Below, in pieces: positions 9,554-19,162 of a DNA stretch of 36,508 bases. Position 1 is the stretch's first letter; each line of letters opens with the position of its first letter. Both the position numbers and the translations under genes were made by a program. The stretch is taken from the IMG/VR virus record IMGVR_UViG_2681813155_000011. One strand, written 5' to 3'. Source of the DNA: a virus (Duplodnaviria; Heunggongvirae; Uroviricota; Caudoviricetes). Below the pieces are notes generated by a model. That model made no database searches. It was not told the DNA's origin and saw only the letters and a program-made list of their open reading frames with translations.

Positions 9554-10105
9554 ATGATGCCAGTTAGCCGTTATCTCTGCATTTTCATAAACGTTGGTTT
9601 GGGAGAAGGTTCAGCATTACCGGTTGGTGTGCCTGTTCCGTGGCCTTCAGCTACACCACCGACAGGCTGGTTGAAATGCAATGGTGCAGCTTTTTCTGCT
9701 GAAGAATACCCGGAACTGGCAAAGGCTTACCCGACAAATAAATTGCCTGATTTACGCGGTGAGTTTATTCGTGGCTGGGATGATGGACGCGGTGTGGATA
9801 CGGGGAGGGCAATATTATCATCTCAGGGCGATGCCATACGTAATATCTATGGTGAGTTCAAGACTGTAAACGCCGAAAATTATTCAATATGGGAATCAGT
9901 AGACTCTTTTAAGGGGGCAGTGGTGCCTTTGAACCCCTCAACGGACAATAGTTATTTCTCCATAATCAATAGTATGTTGACACAAAGAACAGATGGCTCT
10001 GTTTACCCAACAGTGATTGGCCTTGATGCTTCAAGAATTGTTCCAACTGCAAACGAAAACCGTCCACGAAATATTGCATTTAACTTTATCGTGAGGGCTG
10101 CATAA
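9554..10105 (+). CDS. Alternative tail-fibre C-terminal (variable) segment, silent in this orientation
   Basis: The ORF runs across the left crossover site and encodes a tail-fibre C-terminal-type domain (PVPWPSATPPTGWLKCNGAAF...LPDLRGEFIRGWDDGRGVD); it would fuse to the constant part of H after inversion. Confidence 0.6.
   Translation: MMPVSRYLCIFINVGLGEGSALPVGVPVPWPSATPPTGWLKCNGAAFSAEEYPELAKAYPTNKLPDLRGEFIRGWDDGRGVDTGRAILSSQGDAIRNIYGEFKTVNAENYSIWESVDSFKGAVVPLNPSTDNSYFSIINSMLTQRTDGSVYPTVIGLDASRIVPTANENRPRNIAFNFIVRAA
9594..9608. repeat. Left inverted repeat (crossover site) of invertible tail-fibre segment
   Basis: ttggtttgggagaag; its reverse complement occurs at 11450..11464 inside gene H. 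Both copies encode G-L-G-E in their respective frames. Confidence 0.7.
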
Positions 10106-10707
10106 TGGATAACGCTGTATTAAATAGCGAGCTTATTGCCACGAAGGCGGGGAATATTACCGTCTATAGCTATGATGGTGAAACTCGGGAATATATTTCC
10201 ACTTCAAATGAATATCTTGCCGTTGGTGTTGGTATCCCGGCATATTCCTGTCTGGATGAACCTGGTATACATAAGGCGGGTTATGCAATCTGCCGTTCGG
10301 CAGATTTAAACTCATGGGAATATGTGCCAGACCATCGCGGTGAAATCGTCTATAACACCGAAACGGGAGACACCAAAGAAATCACAACTCCGGGTGATTA
10401 CCCCGAAAATACAACCACTATCGCCCCATTAACGCCATACGATAAATGGGATGGTGAGAAATGGGTGACCGATACTGAGGCACAGCATCGCGCCGCAGTA
10501 GACGCGGCAGAAGCACAGCGTCAGTCACTGATTGATACTGCAATGGCTTCCATTAGTCTGATTCAACTGAAATTACAGGCCGGGCGGAAACTGACGCAGG
10601 CAGAAACAACCCGGCTTAACGCTGTGCTGGATTACATTGACGCGGTGACGGCAACAGATACCAGCACCGCGCCGGATGTCATCTGGCCTGAACTGCCGGA
10701 GGCGTAG
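10105..10707 (+). CDS. Alternative tail-fibre assembly protein (Tfa/U'-like)
   Basis: 200 aa; C-terminus ...[28 protein letters not shown] is the tail-fibre-assembly signature; followed by a hairpin plus T-run (10720..10775). Confidence 0.7.
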   Translation: MDNAVLNSELIATKAGNITVYSYDGETREYISTSNEYLAVGVGIPAYSCLDEPGIHKAGYAICRSADLNSWEYVPDHRGEIVYNTETGDTKEITTPGDYPENTTTIAPLTPYDKWDGEKWVTDTEAQHRAAVDAAEAQRQSLIDTAMASISLIQLKLQAGRKLTQAETTRLNAVLDYIDAVTATDTSTAPDVIWPELPEA

Positions 10708-11098
10708 GCCATTCAATATCGAGTGCTGTTGAAGTATTAATACGCATCAATAGCACTCGATATTTTTTCCATGCCAGTAACAGTTTCGTTTCATCATCTG
10801 TTGCCATACCTAAATCAACCGCATCCTGAAGCGGAGCTATTACATTCGTTGCCTCTGCTATCAGTGCAGATTTCTTTTCATCATTTATTAAGGCTAATTG
10901 TTCTGGTGTTGGAGAAGGACGGTCAACAATGACAGGATGACCGTTCTCACCACAGGTAATCATTTTTGTTACACTCTGTGCATTAATCAGTGTTTTCCAC
11001 TCTGATTCCGAGATTTCCACTGCATCATCAGGAATATTGGTGCCGTGAAATTCAGTCGAATAAAATCCGTTTGTCGATGCAGAATAAAAATATGACAT
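10679..11098 (-). CDS. G: Tail-fibre assembly protein (gpG-like), currently expressed copy
   Basis: Start taken at [13 protein letters not shown]; C-terminus ...[30 protein letters not shown] is Tfa-like; directly after the H stop. Confidence 0.7.
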   Translation of the reverse strand: MSYFYSASTNGFYSTEFHGTNIPDDAVEISESEWKTLINAQSVTKMITCGENGHPVIVDRPSPTPEQLALINDEKKSALIAEATNVIAPLQDAVDLGMATDDETKLLLAWKKYRVLLMRINTSTALDIEWPTPPAVQAR

Positions 11099-11102
11099 TT
11101 CG

Positions 11103-12512
11103 TTAATATCCCATTGCAATGTAATACGCATCAGCAGATGAACCATATCCTGAACCGGGCGACACTGTAATATCAAATCCAGTGTTCTGGACATTTGTCG
11201 CCGATACAGTCGGCTGCCCTGACGCGCCAGTAACGTTCAATGTAACTGTGACAGCAAGGACTCTTGAGAATGTCATCGGGAACCTCATCCCGTATGTTGA
11301 AGAAACATTCGGGGAGCCATTCAACTGACCGCACTGTAAAATTAAACCAGACGGAAATTTTTGCGCAGCAGCCGTTACGGTATTAATTGACGCGAACAGG
11401 CTCATATCAGGTATCTGATTCGCCCCTGTACCTACATTCCTTTTAGCTGCTTCTCCCAAACCAAGGTATGCGAGAAGACCAGCGACATCCTTTCCACTCA
11501 AATTAGTCAGCGTATTGTCCAGCGGTTGTTTACCTGCCAGCGCATTAAGCATTGTCGTGGCAAAGTTCGGATCATTCCCCAACGCCGACGCCAGTTCGTT
11601 CAGTGTATCCAGTGCCGCAGGTGCAGAACCTACCATTGCTGCAATCGCCGATTTCACAAAAGCCGTGGTGGCAATCTGTGTATTGTTGACCGACTGTGCA
11701 GCAGTGGGGGCTGTTGGCGTTCCGGTGAGTGCCGGACTCGACAACGGCGCTTTCAGTGCCAGCGCATTGTTAATGGTGGTACTGAAATTCGGATCATTGT
11801 TAATGGCTGCGGCTATTTCTTTCAGCGTGTCCAGCGTGGCTGGCGCACCATTAATAAGAGCCGTCAGTGCCGCCTGAACAAACGCGGTGGTCGCAACCTG
11901 CGTGGTGTTATTCCCTGCCGCTGGAGTTGGCGCTTTTGGTGTCCCGGTAAACGTCGGACTTTCTTTGGGTGCATACTGTGAATGCGGGTCCGGTGCGGCA
12001 AGATGTTTTGCCATCTGATCATCCACGTACACCTTCAGCTCCAGTACCTTGTCATCCACATACTTGCGGGTTGCCAGCACTACGGCAGGGTCGATTTTCA
12101 GGGTGATATTGTCCGTGCTGCTGGTAATCAGCACCATGCGCACGGTCTGGGTACGCCCGCTGCCTTCAGCCAGTTGCGGCTTATAGCTTTCCGGGCAGTT
12201 GCCCACGGCAATCAATGCCCCGGACTCATCAAACAGGCCCACTTCACGTATCCACCAACCGCCCTCGTTTTCAGGGATCACCTGTTCAGCAATAATCTGG
12301 CTGCTGTTCTGCGGGTCGATATAGAGCATATTCAGCGCAGCCCGGCGTTTCTCATTTACCAATGCTGTCTGCTTGGCGTCCGGCGTTGGCAATGTTCCGC
12401 CGCCATCGCCCACCGCCATATGGGTAATTTTTAGCGGCACACCGAGCGCGGCGGCGCTGGCAAGTTTCGCCGCGCCAATATCCGTCAGCAGGGTATAAAA
12501 TTTTGTGCTCAT
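11103..12512 (-). CDS. H: Tail fibre protein (gpH-like) with invertible C-terminus
   Basis: 469 aa; Thr/Ala-rich repeats (TTAFV... twice); the crossover repeat lies within the gene at 11450..11464. Confidence 0.8.
   Translation of the reverse strand: MSTKFYTLLTDIGAAKLASAAALGVPLKITHMAVGDGGGTLPTPDAKQTALVNEKRRAALNMLYIDPQNSSQIIAEQVIPENEGGWWIREVGLFDESGALIAVGNCPESYKPQLAEGSGRTQTVRMVLITSSTDNITLKIDPAVVLATRKYVDDKVLELKVYVDDQMAKHLAAPDPHSQYAPKESPTFTGTPKAPTPAAGNNTTQVATTAFVQAALTALINGAPATLDTLKEIAAAINNDPNFSTTINNALALKAPLSSPALTGTPTAPTAAQSVNNTQIATTAFVKSAIAAMVGSAPAALDTLNELASALGNDPNFATTMLNALAGKQPLDNTLTNLSGKDVAGLLAYLGLGEAAKRNVGTGANQIPDMSLFASINTVTAAAQKFPSGLILQCGQLNGSPNVSSTYGMRFPMTFSRVLAVTVTLNVTGASGQPTVSATNVQNTGFDITVSPGSGYGSSADAYYIAMGY
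11450..11464. repeat. Right inverted repeat (crossover site) inside H
   Basis: cttctcccaaaccaa is the reverse complement of 9594..9608. Confidence 0.7.
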
Positions 12513-13114
12513 GGATTCACTCTCATTGTGTCAATAACATGGACCGCCCCGCCTTCATGCGCGGTGCCGCCGGAAATAATTGTTTCGTTGATATACGGAT
12601 AGATCGTGATTTCTTCGCCAAGATAGCTGGCGGCCCCCACCCAATGCGGACCGCTGGTCTGCAGATTGATGGACATGCCGATCATGTGACGGCTACATGG
12701 TTTGGCATCGCTTATCAGCCGCTCAAGTTCCAGATAGGTATCTTCAGTGATGCCCTGGTCCTGCACGCCGATATCCAGGCGAAACGTGCCCGGTGTTTCT
12801 CCGGTCTGCCACCACTCAATAATGCGGATCAGGAATCCGAACGGTTCCACCACCCGCCGCACGGCACTGGTAGTTCCTTTATGCTGATGAATATAAAAAG
12901 CATCCTTCACTACCTGGCGTTTGACGCTTTCTGTCCAGCCCTCGTCCCAGCGATCCACAGAGAACGCCCAGGCGAGATAAGGCAGGAAGCTGACCGGACA
13001 GGTAGCCGGATTCCACAAGTCACGCAGCGGCACCTGCAGATCAGAAATCCCGCTACAGGTTTGCGCCAGTCGGCGCTCCAGTGAAGTTGAACCCGGTGGC
13101 AGCAGACTATTCAT
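12509..13114 (-). CDS. I: Baseplate protein gpI-like
   Basis: 201 aa, between J and H with overlapping stop/start; P2 synteny. Confidence 0.7.
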   Translation of the reverse strand: MNSLLPPGSTSLERRLAQTCSGISDLQVPLRDLWNPATCPVSFLPYLAWAFSVDRWDEGWTESVKRQVVKDAFYIHQHKGTTSAVRRVVEPFGFLIRIIEWWQTGETPGTFRLDIGVQDQGITEDTYLELERLISDAKPCSRHMIGMSINLQTSGPHWVGAASYLGEEITIYPYINETIISGGTAHEGGAVHVIDTMRVNP

Positions 13115-14015
13115 CCGTTCCTCCGTTGGTTACGCTCCACTGCGTACATGATGCCGCCTGTGTTTTGTTCAGGACCACATCCGCCAGCGGAGAAGCCAGT
13201 TCCACACGTTGAACACCCTCAACATGCAGAGCAGCAAAGATGGCGCTACGGCGAATATCCCGACCAAGCCTCGTCTGGCTGGCAATGTACTTCTGCAGAC
13301 TGGCTTTTGCCGCTGCCATTACCGGCTCTGCTTCCGGTCCCGGATAGAGAAAAATGGTGGCTTCCACGCGATACGGGATGATTTCTGCGCTGCGAACCGT
13401 AAGACGGTCAGCCACCGGGCGGACGTTCTCACTGTTCAGAGCTTTTTCCACCACGTCCAGCAGGTCTTTTTCTGCAGTTCCATCGCCTTCGCGGCTAAGG
13501 ACAGTCAGCACCACCTCTGCAGGTGCTGGGCTGGTTGCACTGGCATCCGCCACCCGACCGTCGGCGCTTCGGGCATGAAATTCATAAGCTGCAGTTGGCC
13601 CCGCAACTGAAAGCCCTTCAAAGGCTGCAGGCACACGCAGGCGTAACGCTTCATCGCTTTCCATCACAGCTGCAACGGGCGGCACAGCGTCATTATCAGC
13701 AGGCGTCACCGTCAGGCGTTTCACGTTGTAGTTGGCGGCGAGCTGGTCCAGATCGCCCCCTATGGCATAAGCCACCATCACCGCCTGCGCGGCTTCGTTA
13801 ATGCGCTGGCGCAGAAGCAACTCACGGTAAGCATTCTCCTGCAACAATTTGGTGACGGGTTCAGATTCCAGTTCCAGCGTGCGGATCACTGCTTCCTGCT
13901 CATCTTTCGGATGAAGCGCCACAAATTCTGCCTTGCGTTCGGCAAGCAGCGTCTCAAAGTCCGGCACATCCACAATCTGCGGCGCAGGCAACTGCGAAAG
14001 GTCAATCACTGCCAT
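13107..14015 (-). CDS. J: Baseplate protein gpJ-like
   Basis: About 302 aa from an internal Met (the ORF extends to 14054); gp6-like baseplate position between W and I. Confidence 0.7.
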   Translation of the reverse strand: MAVIDLSQLPAPQIVDVPDFETLLAERKAEFVALHPKDEQEAVIRTLELESEPVTKLLQENAYRELLLRQRINEAAQAVMVAYAIGGDLDQLAANYNVKRLTVTPADNDAVPPVAAVMESDEALRLRVPAAFEGLSVAGPTAAYEFHARSADGRVADASATSPAPAEVVLTVLSREGDGTAEKDLLDVVEKALNSENVRPVADRLTVRSAEIIPYRVEATIFLYPGPEAEPVMAAAKASLQKYIASQTRLGRDIRRSAIFAALHVEGVQRVELASPLADVVLNKTQAASCTQWSVTNGGTDE

Positions 14016-14361
14016 TCTCTGCTCCTGTTGATACGGAAAGGGAAACAGGCACACCGTTATTACGCCGCCCGGTCAGCTCCACCACCATTGAACCGTCAAA
14101 ATTGCTGTTAATGGTGATGGAATCCAGCGTCAGCCGTGGCTCCCAGCGACTCAGCGCCACATACACTGCCGACATGACCTGCAGGCGTAATGCCGGATTT
14201 TGTGGCTGGTCTATCAGTGCCGACAGCAGGGAACCATATTCCCGACGGGCAATGCGGCTACCCTGCGGCGTCAGCAAAATGTCCCGCACCGACTGGCGCA
14301 GATGATCAATATCAGTAATGGCTTTACCGCTGGTATTGTTCATCCCGCTATAAAGCGTCAT
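14002..14361 (-). CDS. W: Baseplate protein gpW-like (gp25-like)
   Basis: 119 aa; size and position between V and J. Confidence 0.7.
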   Translation of the reverse strand: MTLYSGMNNTSGKAITDIDHLRQSVRDILLTPQGSRIARREYGSLLSALIDQPQNPALRLQVMSAVYVALSRWEPRLTLDSITINSNFDGSMVVELTGRRNNGVPVSLSVSTGAENGSD

Positions 14362-14936
14362 ACCGGGCCTCCGGTTGTGTCGCCGCCTTTCAGGACGTCA
14401 GTATGCTGATGCGCATCAACCACGATCCCGTTAGAACTCATCGCTCCGCCGCCCTGGGTAACGCCACCATTGATCACCACTTCGCTGTTAATGCGCGTGC
14501 GGTCAGCCTCCAGTACAAACTCACTGGTTTTCATGGTGATGTTGTCAGCGGCCTCAATGACCATTGATTTGATGCCCCTGACATACCAGCGCCCGGTAGT
14601 GGGTTCGTATTCAAACCAGCCGCCGTCAGGATGTTCTGTCACGCAGGCGTCTGCCGACGTCGACGGTGGTGCGAACTGATTCGAATAGACAGCGGGCAGC
14701 GCAAAGGCAGTTTCCAGATTGCCGCCCAGACTCAGCAGCACCACCTGCTCACCTTCCGATGGTCGCCACCATGTGCGGGCATTCCCGGCACGCAGCGTCA
14801 GCCAGCTGATCCAGTTGGTTTCAAGCTCGCCCGTTTTCACCCGGCAAAGCCAGTTTTCCCGGTCCACTTCGGTGACTACACCAGTGCGGATCAGGTTGGT
14901 GATAAGGCGCATGATTTCGGTTAGTTGTGCGTTCAT
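14358..14936 (-). CDS. V: Baseplate spike/assembly protein gpV-like
   Basis: Start taken at MNAQLTEIMRLITNLIRTGVV (internal Met of the 228-aa ORF), because a TGT-N12-ACA element lies in the upstream part of the longer ORF. Confidence 0.7.
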   Translation of the reverse strand: MNAQLTEIMRLITNLIRTGVVTEVDRENWLCRVKTGELETNWISWLTLRAGNARTWWRPSEGEQVVLLSLGGNLETAFALPAVYSNQFAPPSTSADACVTEHPDGGWFEYEPTTGRWYVRGIKSMVIEAADNITMKTSEFVLEADRTRINSEVVINGGVTQGGGAMSSNGIVVDAHQHTDVLKGGDTTGGPV

Positions 14937-14982
14937 AGGGTTAGGTTGCACGGACCTTGAATCTATGGCATCAATACGTCCT

Positions 14983-15000
14983 TGTGTGGTAAATGACACA
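14983..15000 (-). promoter_or_regulatory. Candidate Ogr-dependent late promoter element (TGT-N12-ACA) upstream of V
   Basis: tgtgtggtaaatgacaca, about 50 bp upstream of the proposed V start. Confidence 0.45.
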
Positions 15001-15031
15001 AATACAATTCCAATCAAAGAAAGGTAAAAGA

Positions 15032-15562
15032 ATGAGCCATCCAATTGATTATTACGCTATAGAAGAACACGCAAGAATAATTGAGCAATTATGCTGTTCA
15101 TCTGAATTTTATTTACAGCGTATATATTCCACACAGAAAGTATATGATGGTTCTATAGTAACTGAATTTGAAATGGAGGAGTTATCGTACAACGGATGGT
15201 TGGAATATACCATTAGCAACAATCTTATTAGCCTTTGTACAAAACTACGAATTCTCCAAGACACTAGTGAACATGAGTGGAACCCAGATTACTCACCTGA
15301 GAAAGAAGCATTTGAAGAACATGAAAATATACTTTTTGTTATAGATGGTCATGTTAAAGATTCTATACGCGAATGCTGCAATAAAATTATTCACGCATTA
15401 AGTTTTGAGTTAACAAAAAAGACCGGCAAAAATGGAATAAAATATTGGGACGGTTCTATTATTGCTTCTGGGGTTCAAAACAAAAAAAACTGGAAAATTA
15501 AAATAGACCTTTTCCCTTTTTGCCAAAGCATAAAAAGTTATTTAAGTTTATTAAGAGCGTAA
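15032..15562 (+). CDS. AT-rich cargo (moron) gene at the P2 'orf30' position, function unknown
   Basis: About 176 aa from MSHPIDYY (the ORF opens at 14993); opposite strand to the flanking S and V operons; visibly lower GC than its neighbours; contains ...IRECCNKIIHA (R-x3-N-x3-H spacing). Confidence 0.5.
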   Translation: MSHPIDYYAIEEHARIIEQLCCSSEFYLQRIYSTQKVYDGSIVTEFEMEELSYNGWLEYTISNNLISLCTKLRILQDTSEHEWNPDYSPEKEAFEEHENILFVIDGHVKDSIRECCNKIIHALSFELTKKTGKNGIKYWDGSIIASGVQNKKNWKIKIDLFPFCQSIKSYLSLLRA

Positions 15563-15567
15563 ACATT

Positions 15568-16020
15568 CTAATTTTTCATCAATAAATACTTTAAAAGTAA
15601 ATCTCTTACTTCATTTTCAGTATGTTCATTTAAACCCAGCAATTTTCGGGATGGATACTTAATGACTCCCCCCTTTGGACTGACGCGATCGCGCAGACCG
15701 TAGTGATGAACACGGGCAATACGCTGTACCTTACCTTCAAACTGTACGCTGGCAGAATCCGCGCTGGCGGCAGTTCTCAGGTATTTTGTGGTGCGCAGCT
15801 TTGCAAACATCTGACGTTTGATGCGCCCCTTCTTGCTGCGTGCTGTTACCCTGCGCGGCTCATAACTGCTGCCATCTGGATTGCGCTGCATCCTGATATT
15901 CTGCTGCTGTGTCCGGCGCAGTTCCTGCGCCAGCTGGCGCATCATTCGGCTTCTTGCGGCTGGTTCCAGATTCGCCAGCAAAGCACTCAGCCAGTCGTCC
16001 ACCTTCTGCAGTTCAGCCAC
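15568..16020 (-). CDS. S: Tail completion protein gpS-like
   Basis: 150 aa; position and size as P2 gpS; overlaps R. Confidence 0.7.
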   Translation of the reverse strand: MAELQKVDDWLSALLANLEPAARSRMMRQLAQELRRTQQQNIRMQRNPDGSSYEPRRVTARSKKGRIKRQMFAKLRTTKYLRTAASADSASVQFEGKVQRIARVHHYGLRDRVSPKGGVIKYPSRKLLGLNEHTENEVRDLLLKYLLMKN

Positions 16021-16465
16021 GTTTCACCGTCCACATTTCTTCAGGTTCATCGGGTTCCGCTACTGCTTCAACGCTCGACACACTTCCGTCAGTGCTGACC
16101 AGCACACGTTCCGTCAGTTGCAGGTTGAGGCTGATATCACAGACATCGTTGCGCAGAATATCCACCTCAAAGGTGAATAACTTTTCCCGTAACGCCGGAT
16201 TATTGATGGCATCGGGCTGGTTATCACGCAGCCACAGCAAAACCGGGGCCATCAGCAGATTCTGGTCGCCGCTGAAATCCTCAATCACCACGTTGAGGGT
16301 ATAACGGTACTCCCATGACATGGAGCTGGCCCCCGTGGCAACCAGCGAACCGTTATCCACAAACAGATGCAGCTTATCCGGGTTATTGCGGACATAAGGC
16401 ACTGCTTTATTGAGGGCGTGGCGCAGGGATTGTGGTTTGTTCACTGTTTCGCTCCTGACACGCAA
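16013..16465 (-). CDS. R: Tail completion protein gpR-like
   Basis: 150 aa; position and size as P2 gpR. Confidence 0.7.
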   Translation of the reverse strand: MRVRSETVNKPQSLRHALNKAVPYVRNNPDKLHLFVDNGSLVATGASSMSWEYRYTLNVVIEDFSGDQNLLMAPVLLWLRDNQPDAINNPALREKLFTFEVDILRNDVCDISLNLQLTERVLVSTDGSVSSVEAVAEPDEPEEMWTVKRG

Positions 16466-16697
16466 TAATCATGTCCACTTTGTCTGCACAGACCGCCCAG
16501 GCGGCCTCCGTTTCATCCAGCAATGCGTTCAGATCACCGTTAGTGCGCGGCGCTGCCTGCTCCAGCCGACACGGCGTCACTCGCGGACAACCACTGACGG
16601 TAAGCTGCACCTCCGGTGAGTGCCGGACGTTCCCGCAGCCGGATAATGTCAGCAGGCAAAGGAGTATCAGCCCAGCGGCGTAAATCCTCGTTCTCAC
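16407..16697 (-). CDS. Putative o-spanin / Rz1-like lipoprotein (LysC-like)
   Basis: N-terminal signal peptide with lipobox LTLSGC, Pro-rich; in the lysis cassette between the endolysin and R. Start uncertain. Confidence 0.45.
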   Translation of the reverse strand: MRTRIYAAGLILLCLLTLSGCGNVRHSPEVQLTVSGCPRVTPCRLEQAAPRTNGDLNALLDETEAAWAVCADKVDMIIACQERNSEQTTIPAPRPQ

Positions 16698-16856
16698 GTT
16701 TCAGTTCCTCGATCCGGTGTTGTCGTTGTCTCAGCAGCGCGCTGGTCTGTTCTGCTTCGGCATAGAGCCGCGCCTGCTCCCTGTTATTGTTTTCAGCCAG
16801 AATGGACAGACTGATCAGCTGGCTATTTTTCTTCGTTAGTTCGTGCGCTTTACTTT

Positions 16857-17546
16857 TCAGCGCCGCGCGCTGCGTTTCGATGGTGTGGCTGGCGCTGTTA
16901 AGCCGCCACGACTGCCAGCCCAGCNNNNNNNNNNNNNNNNNNNNNNNNNNNNNNNNNNNNNNNNNNNNNNNNNNNNNNNNNNNNNNNNNNNNNNNNNNNN
17001 NNNNNNNNNNNNNNNNNNNNNNNNNNNNNNNNNNNNNNNNNNNNNNNNNNNNNNNNNNNNNNNNNNNNNNNNNNNNCGGTTATCCAGCCCCTGATTAAAC
17101 ACACCTTTCACATAAACCCAGCGCGGCAACTGTCGGCACGCTTCTGCCCAGCGCCGCTGATTGAGCAATTTCACCAGCGTAGAACTGCAGGCATTGCCCG
17201 TTCCCACGTTGAAGGCAAACGACACCGTAGCGTCATATACCTTCTGCGGCGGCTGTTGCTTCACACACCTTTCCAGCGCCCGCTCCACACGCAGCACGTT
17301 GGAAATAAGCCCTTCTGCTGCCTGTCGTTCCGTGATTGTTTTGCCGGGAATGACGCCCGACGTATTTCCAATGCCGTCGGTCCAGACACCCGCGCTGCAC
17401 TGATACGGCTGCAGACGACAACCTTCGTAATCGGCAATCAGTTTCAGCCCCTCCACGGAGGTGTGAAGCTGCTGAAACCCCGGCAGCGTGGCAGCAATAG
17501 CCAGCACGGCCCCGACAAGGCAGCGTTTAACGATTGATGGATTCAT
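16857..17546 (-). CDS. Endolysin (lysozyme-like, probable signal-anchor-release type), interrupted by the gap
   Basis: N-terminal hydrophobic segment CLVGAVLAIAATLPG followed by a lysozyme-like body; the 3' part of the ORF runs into the N-run, so the true end is unknown. Confidence 0.6.
   Translation of the reverse strand: MNPSIVKRCLVGAVLAIAATLPGFQQLHTSVEGLKLIADYEGCRLQPYQCSAGVWTDGIGNTSGVIPGKTITERQAAEGLISNVLRVERALERCVKQQPPQKVYDATVSFAFNVGTGNACSSTLVKLLNQRRWAEACRQLPRWVYVKGVFNQGLDNXXXXXXXXXXXXXXXXXXXXXXXXXXXXXXXXXXXXXXXXXXXXXXXXXXXXWAGSRGGLTAPATPSKRSARR
16925..17076. other. Assembly gap (152 N)
   Basis: Run of n characters in the sequence; interrupts the lysis region. Confidence 1.
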
Positions 17547-17742
17547 AGTCCTCCCGCGAAATCTGCCCGTCGCGCAGAAGCTGGTAGGCTTTGTGTTTGT
17601 AGTACCAGTTGATAGCCAGCATCAGCACACCAATCATCAGGCCGCCCAGCGTTGAGGCATCCTTGATGGACAAATCGCCCAGCCAGGCCAGCACAACGGC
17701 GATGCAGTACGTGATAAAGGCGCTGATTCGCTCAAGCGTCAT
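17527..17742 (-). CDS. Putative holin (two transmembrane segments)
   Basis: 71 aa with two hydrophobic helices and a charged C-terminus; directly upstream of the endolysin. Confidence 0.55.
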   Translation of the reverse strand: MTLERISAFITYCIAVVLAWLGDLSIKDASTLGGLMIGVLMLAINWYYKHKAYQLLRDGQISREDYESINR

Positions 17743-17745
17743 AAT

Positions 17746-17949
17746 TCAGTCCCATAGCTGGACGGTCTGCACGGTGGTGGTGGTCGGAATGTCCGGCAGC
17801 TCCACCTGCAGCCCGTGAGGTAAAAAGGGGCCATATTCGGCAAGCCCCGGATTTGCCTTCAGTACCTGCTCCGTGACACCCTGCGTGCGCCCGTAATGAC
17901 GCCAGCAAAGCGCGTCCACCGTGTCATACTGATGCGCACGCACTTTCAT
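17746..17949 (-). CDS. X: Tail protein gpX-like
   Basis: 67 aa, same size and position as P2 gpX (between L and the lysis genes). Confidence 0.7.
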   Translation of the reverse strand: MKVRAHQYDTVDALCWRHYGRTQGVTEQVLKANPGLAEYGPFLPHGLQVELPDIPTTTTVQTVQLWD

Positions 17950-18476
17950 CAGATAAGCTCCACTGTGCAGTGCGGCGCATCCTGCACCCGGCTGATGGCC
18001 CAGCGGGCGTCACGCCACAAATCACCGCTGGATTCCGCCAGTTCCTCGCCTCGCTTCACACCGGATGCCGTGGCGTCATAGTCCTGGTATCGTTCGTTGA
18101 GCATGGCGCGTGCCCAGCAGTAAACCGCGTTGAAATAGTGCTGGATGCGCTCACTTTTGCCGTCCAGCTGTTCCGCCGGAACCTCAGCCAGCGACGCATA
18201 CCCCAGCATCTGCTGACGTCTGCGAAACTCATACAGCTCTGCGTTGACCTCCGAAATTGCCGACAGCGCAACCTGCTTTAAACGCGGCTGCGTCACCGTG
18301 CCGTCAGTGCGCATGACACTGCGAAACTCCGACAGGTCCACATCAGGCCAGAACGGCGTATTCCTGATGATTTCCGCCTGTTCCGGTGCCTGTTCTGGCG
18401 CAACAAACTTCATGCTGCTTTCTCCTGAAATAGAGGGCGGTGGACGGGGTTTTGATGTGGCAGTGCCTTTCGCCAC
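17949..18476 (-). CDS. L: Capsid completion protein gpL-like
   Basis: 175 aa, downstream of M; P2 synteny. Confidence 0.7.
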   Translation of the reverse strand: MAKGTATSKPRPPPSISGESSMKFVAPEQAPEQAEIIRNTPFWPDVDLSEFRSVMRTDGTVTQPRLKQVALSAISEVNAELYEFRRRQQMLGYASLAEVPAEQLDGKSERIQHYFNAVYCWARAMLNERYQDYDATASGVKRGEELAESSGDLWRDARWAISRVQDAPHCTVELI

Positions 18477-18508
18477 CCCGTGCCGCCCGTGCGCGGGGGC
18501 ACGTTCTG

Positions 18509-19159
18509 TCAGCGGCTGTCATTGCGCAGTCTGCGCTCCAGCTGCTGTTTGTCTTTTTTCACGCCACAGCGGGGATCGAGCTGTAACGCATGGTTGAGAT
18601 GATTAAGGGCGGACGCCGGATTGTTTTCACTCAGGACAGCGCCAATCGCTTTATGCAGACGCGCCCGTGACTGGTCCGGCATATCCATACCGTCTGTCAG
18701 CTCCAGCGTCTGCAGCAACAGATCGGCATCAAAGCCGGTGGCGGCAAGCATTGCGCTCTGGGCTGCATCTGCCATTTCCTCTGCCAGCACGGTCTGCACG
18801 TTGCGGTTACCCAGCGGCATCACCCAGCCATGACGCAGGGCATGACGCCCGATCTCCAGCGCCCCGGCATAATCTCCGGCATCAATGCGCCACAGCATCA
18901 CGTACATCAGCACGTCATCCTGTTGAGCGCCTCCGGCAGCCAGGACACCCTCTGCCCAGGCGGCGTACTTCGGCAGCAGCTCCACCTTGATTTCCGCTTT
19001 TTTGACCGTGGACTGAACGCCCTTGAGACGGCGGCGGTCTTCCGCCAGTTGCAGCAGCATCAGGTCATAGCCCGACGCGTGGCGAACACTGCCGCCCTCG
19101 CGGGCGGCCTGTTCAGCCTGAACGCGCAGGCGATGCTGCCGTGCGGGACTCAGGCTCAT
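18509..19159 (-). CDS. M: Terminase small (endonuclease) subunit gpM-like
   Basis: 216 aa, between N and L; P2 synteny. Confidence 0.7.
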   Translation of the reverse strand: MSLSPARQHRLRVQAEQAAREGGSVRHASGYDLMLLQLAEDRRRLKGVQSTVKKAEIKVELLPKYAAWAEGVLAAGGAQQDDVLMYVMLWRIDAGDYAGALEIGRHALRHGWVMPLGNRNVQTVLAEEMADAAQSAMLAATGFDADLLLQTLELTDGMDMPDQSRARLHKAIGAVLSENNPASALNHLNHALQLDPRCGVKKDKQQLERRLRNDSR

Positions 19160-19162
19160 GGT

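Noticed and set aside
11526-12434. Cys/Arg-rich plus-strand ORFs inside the tail-fibre gene H
   Set aside because: Antisense frames of the repetitive Thr/Ala-rich fibre gene; no independent support.
14993-15031. Upstream ATG (14993) as the start of the orf30-position gene
   Set aside because: No RBS, and it overlaps the TGT-N12-ACA late-promoter element; the ATG at 15032, preceded by AAAGG, is the more likely start.
16787-17104. ORFs whose translations contain runs of X
   Set aside because: They read through the N assembly gap and are not real coding sequence.
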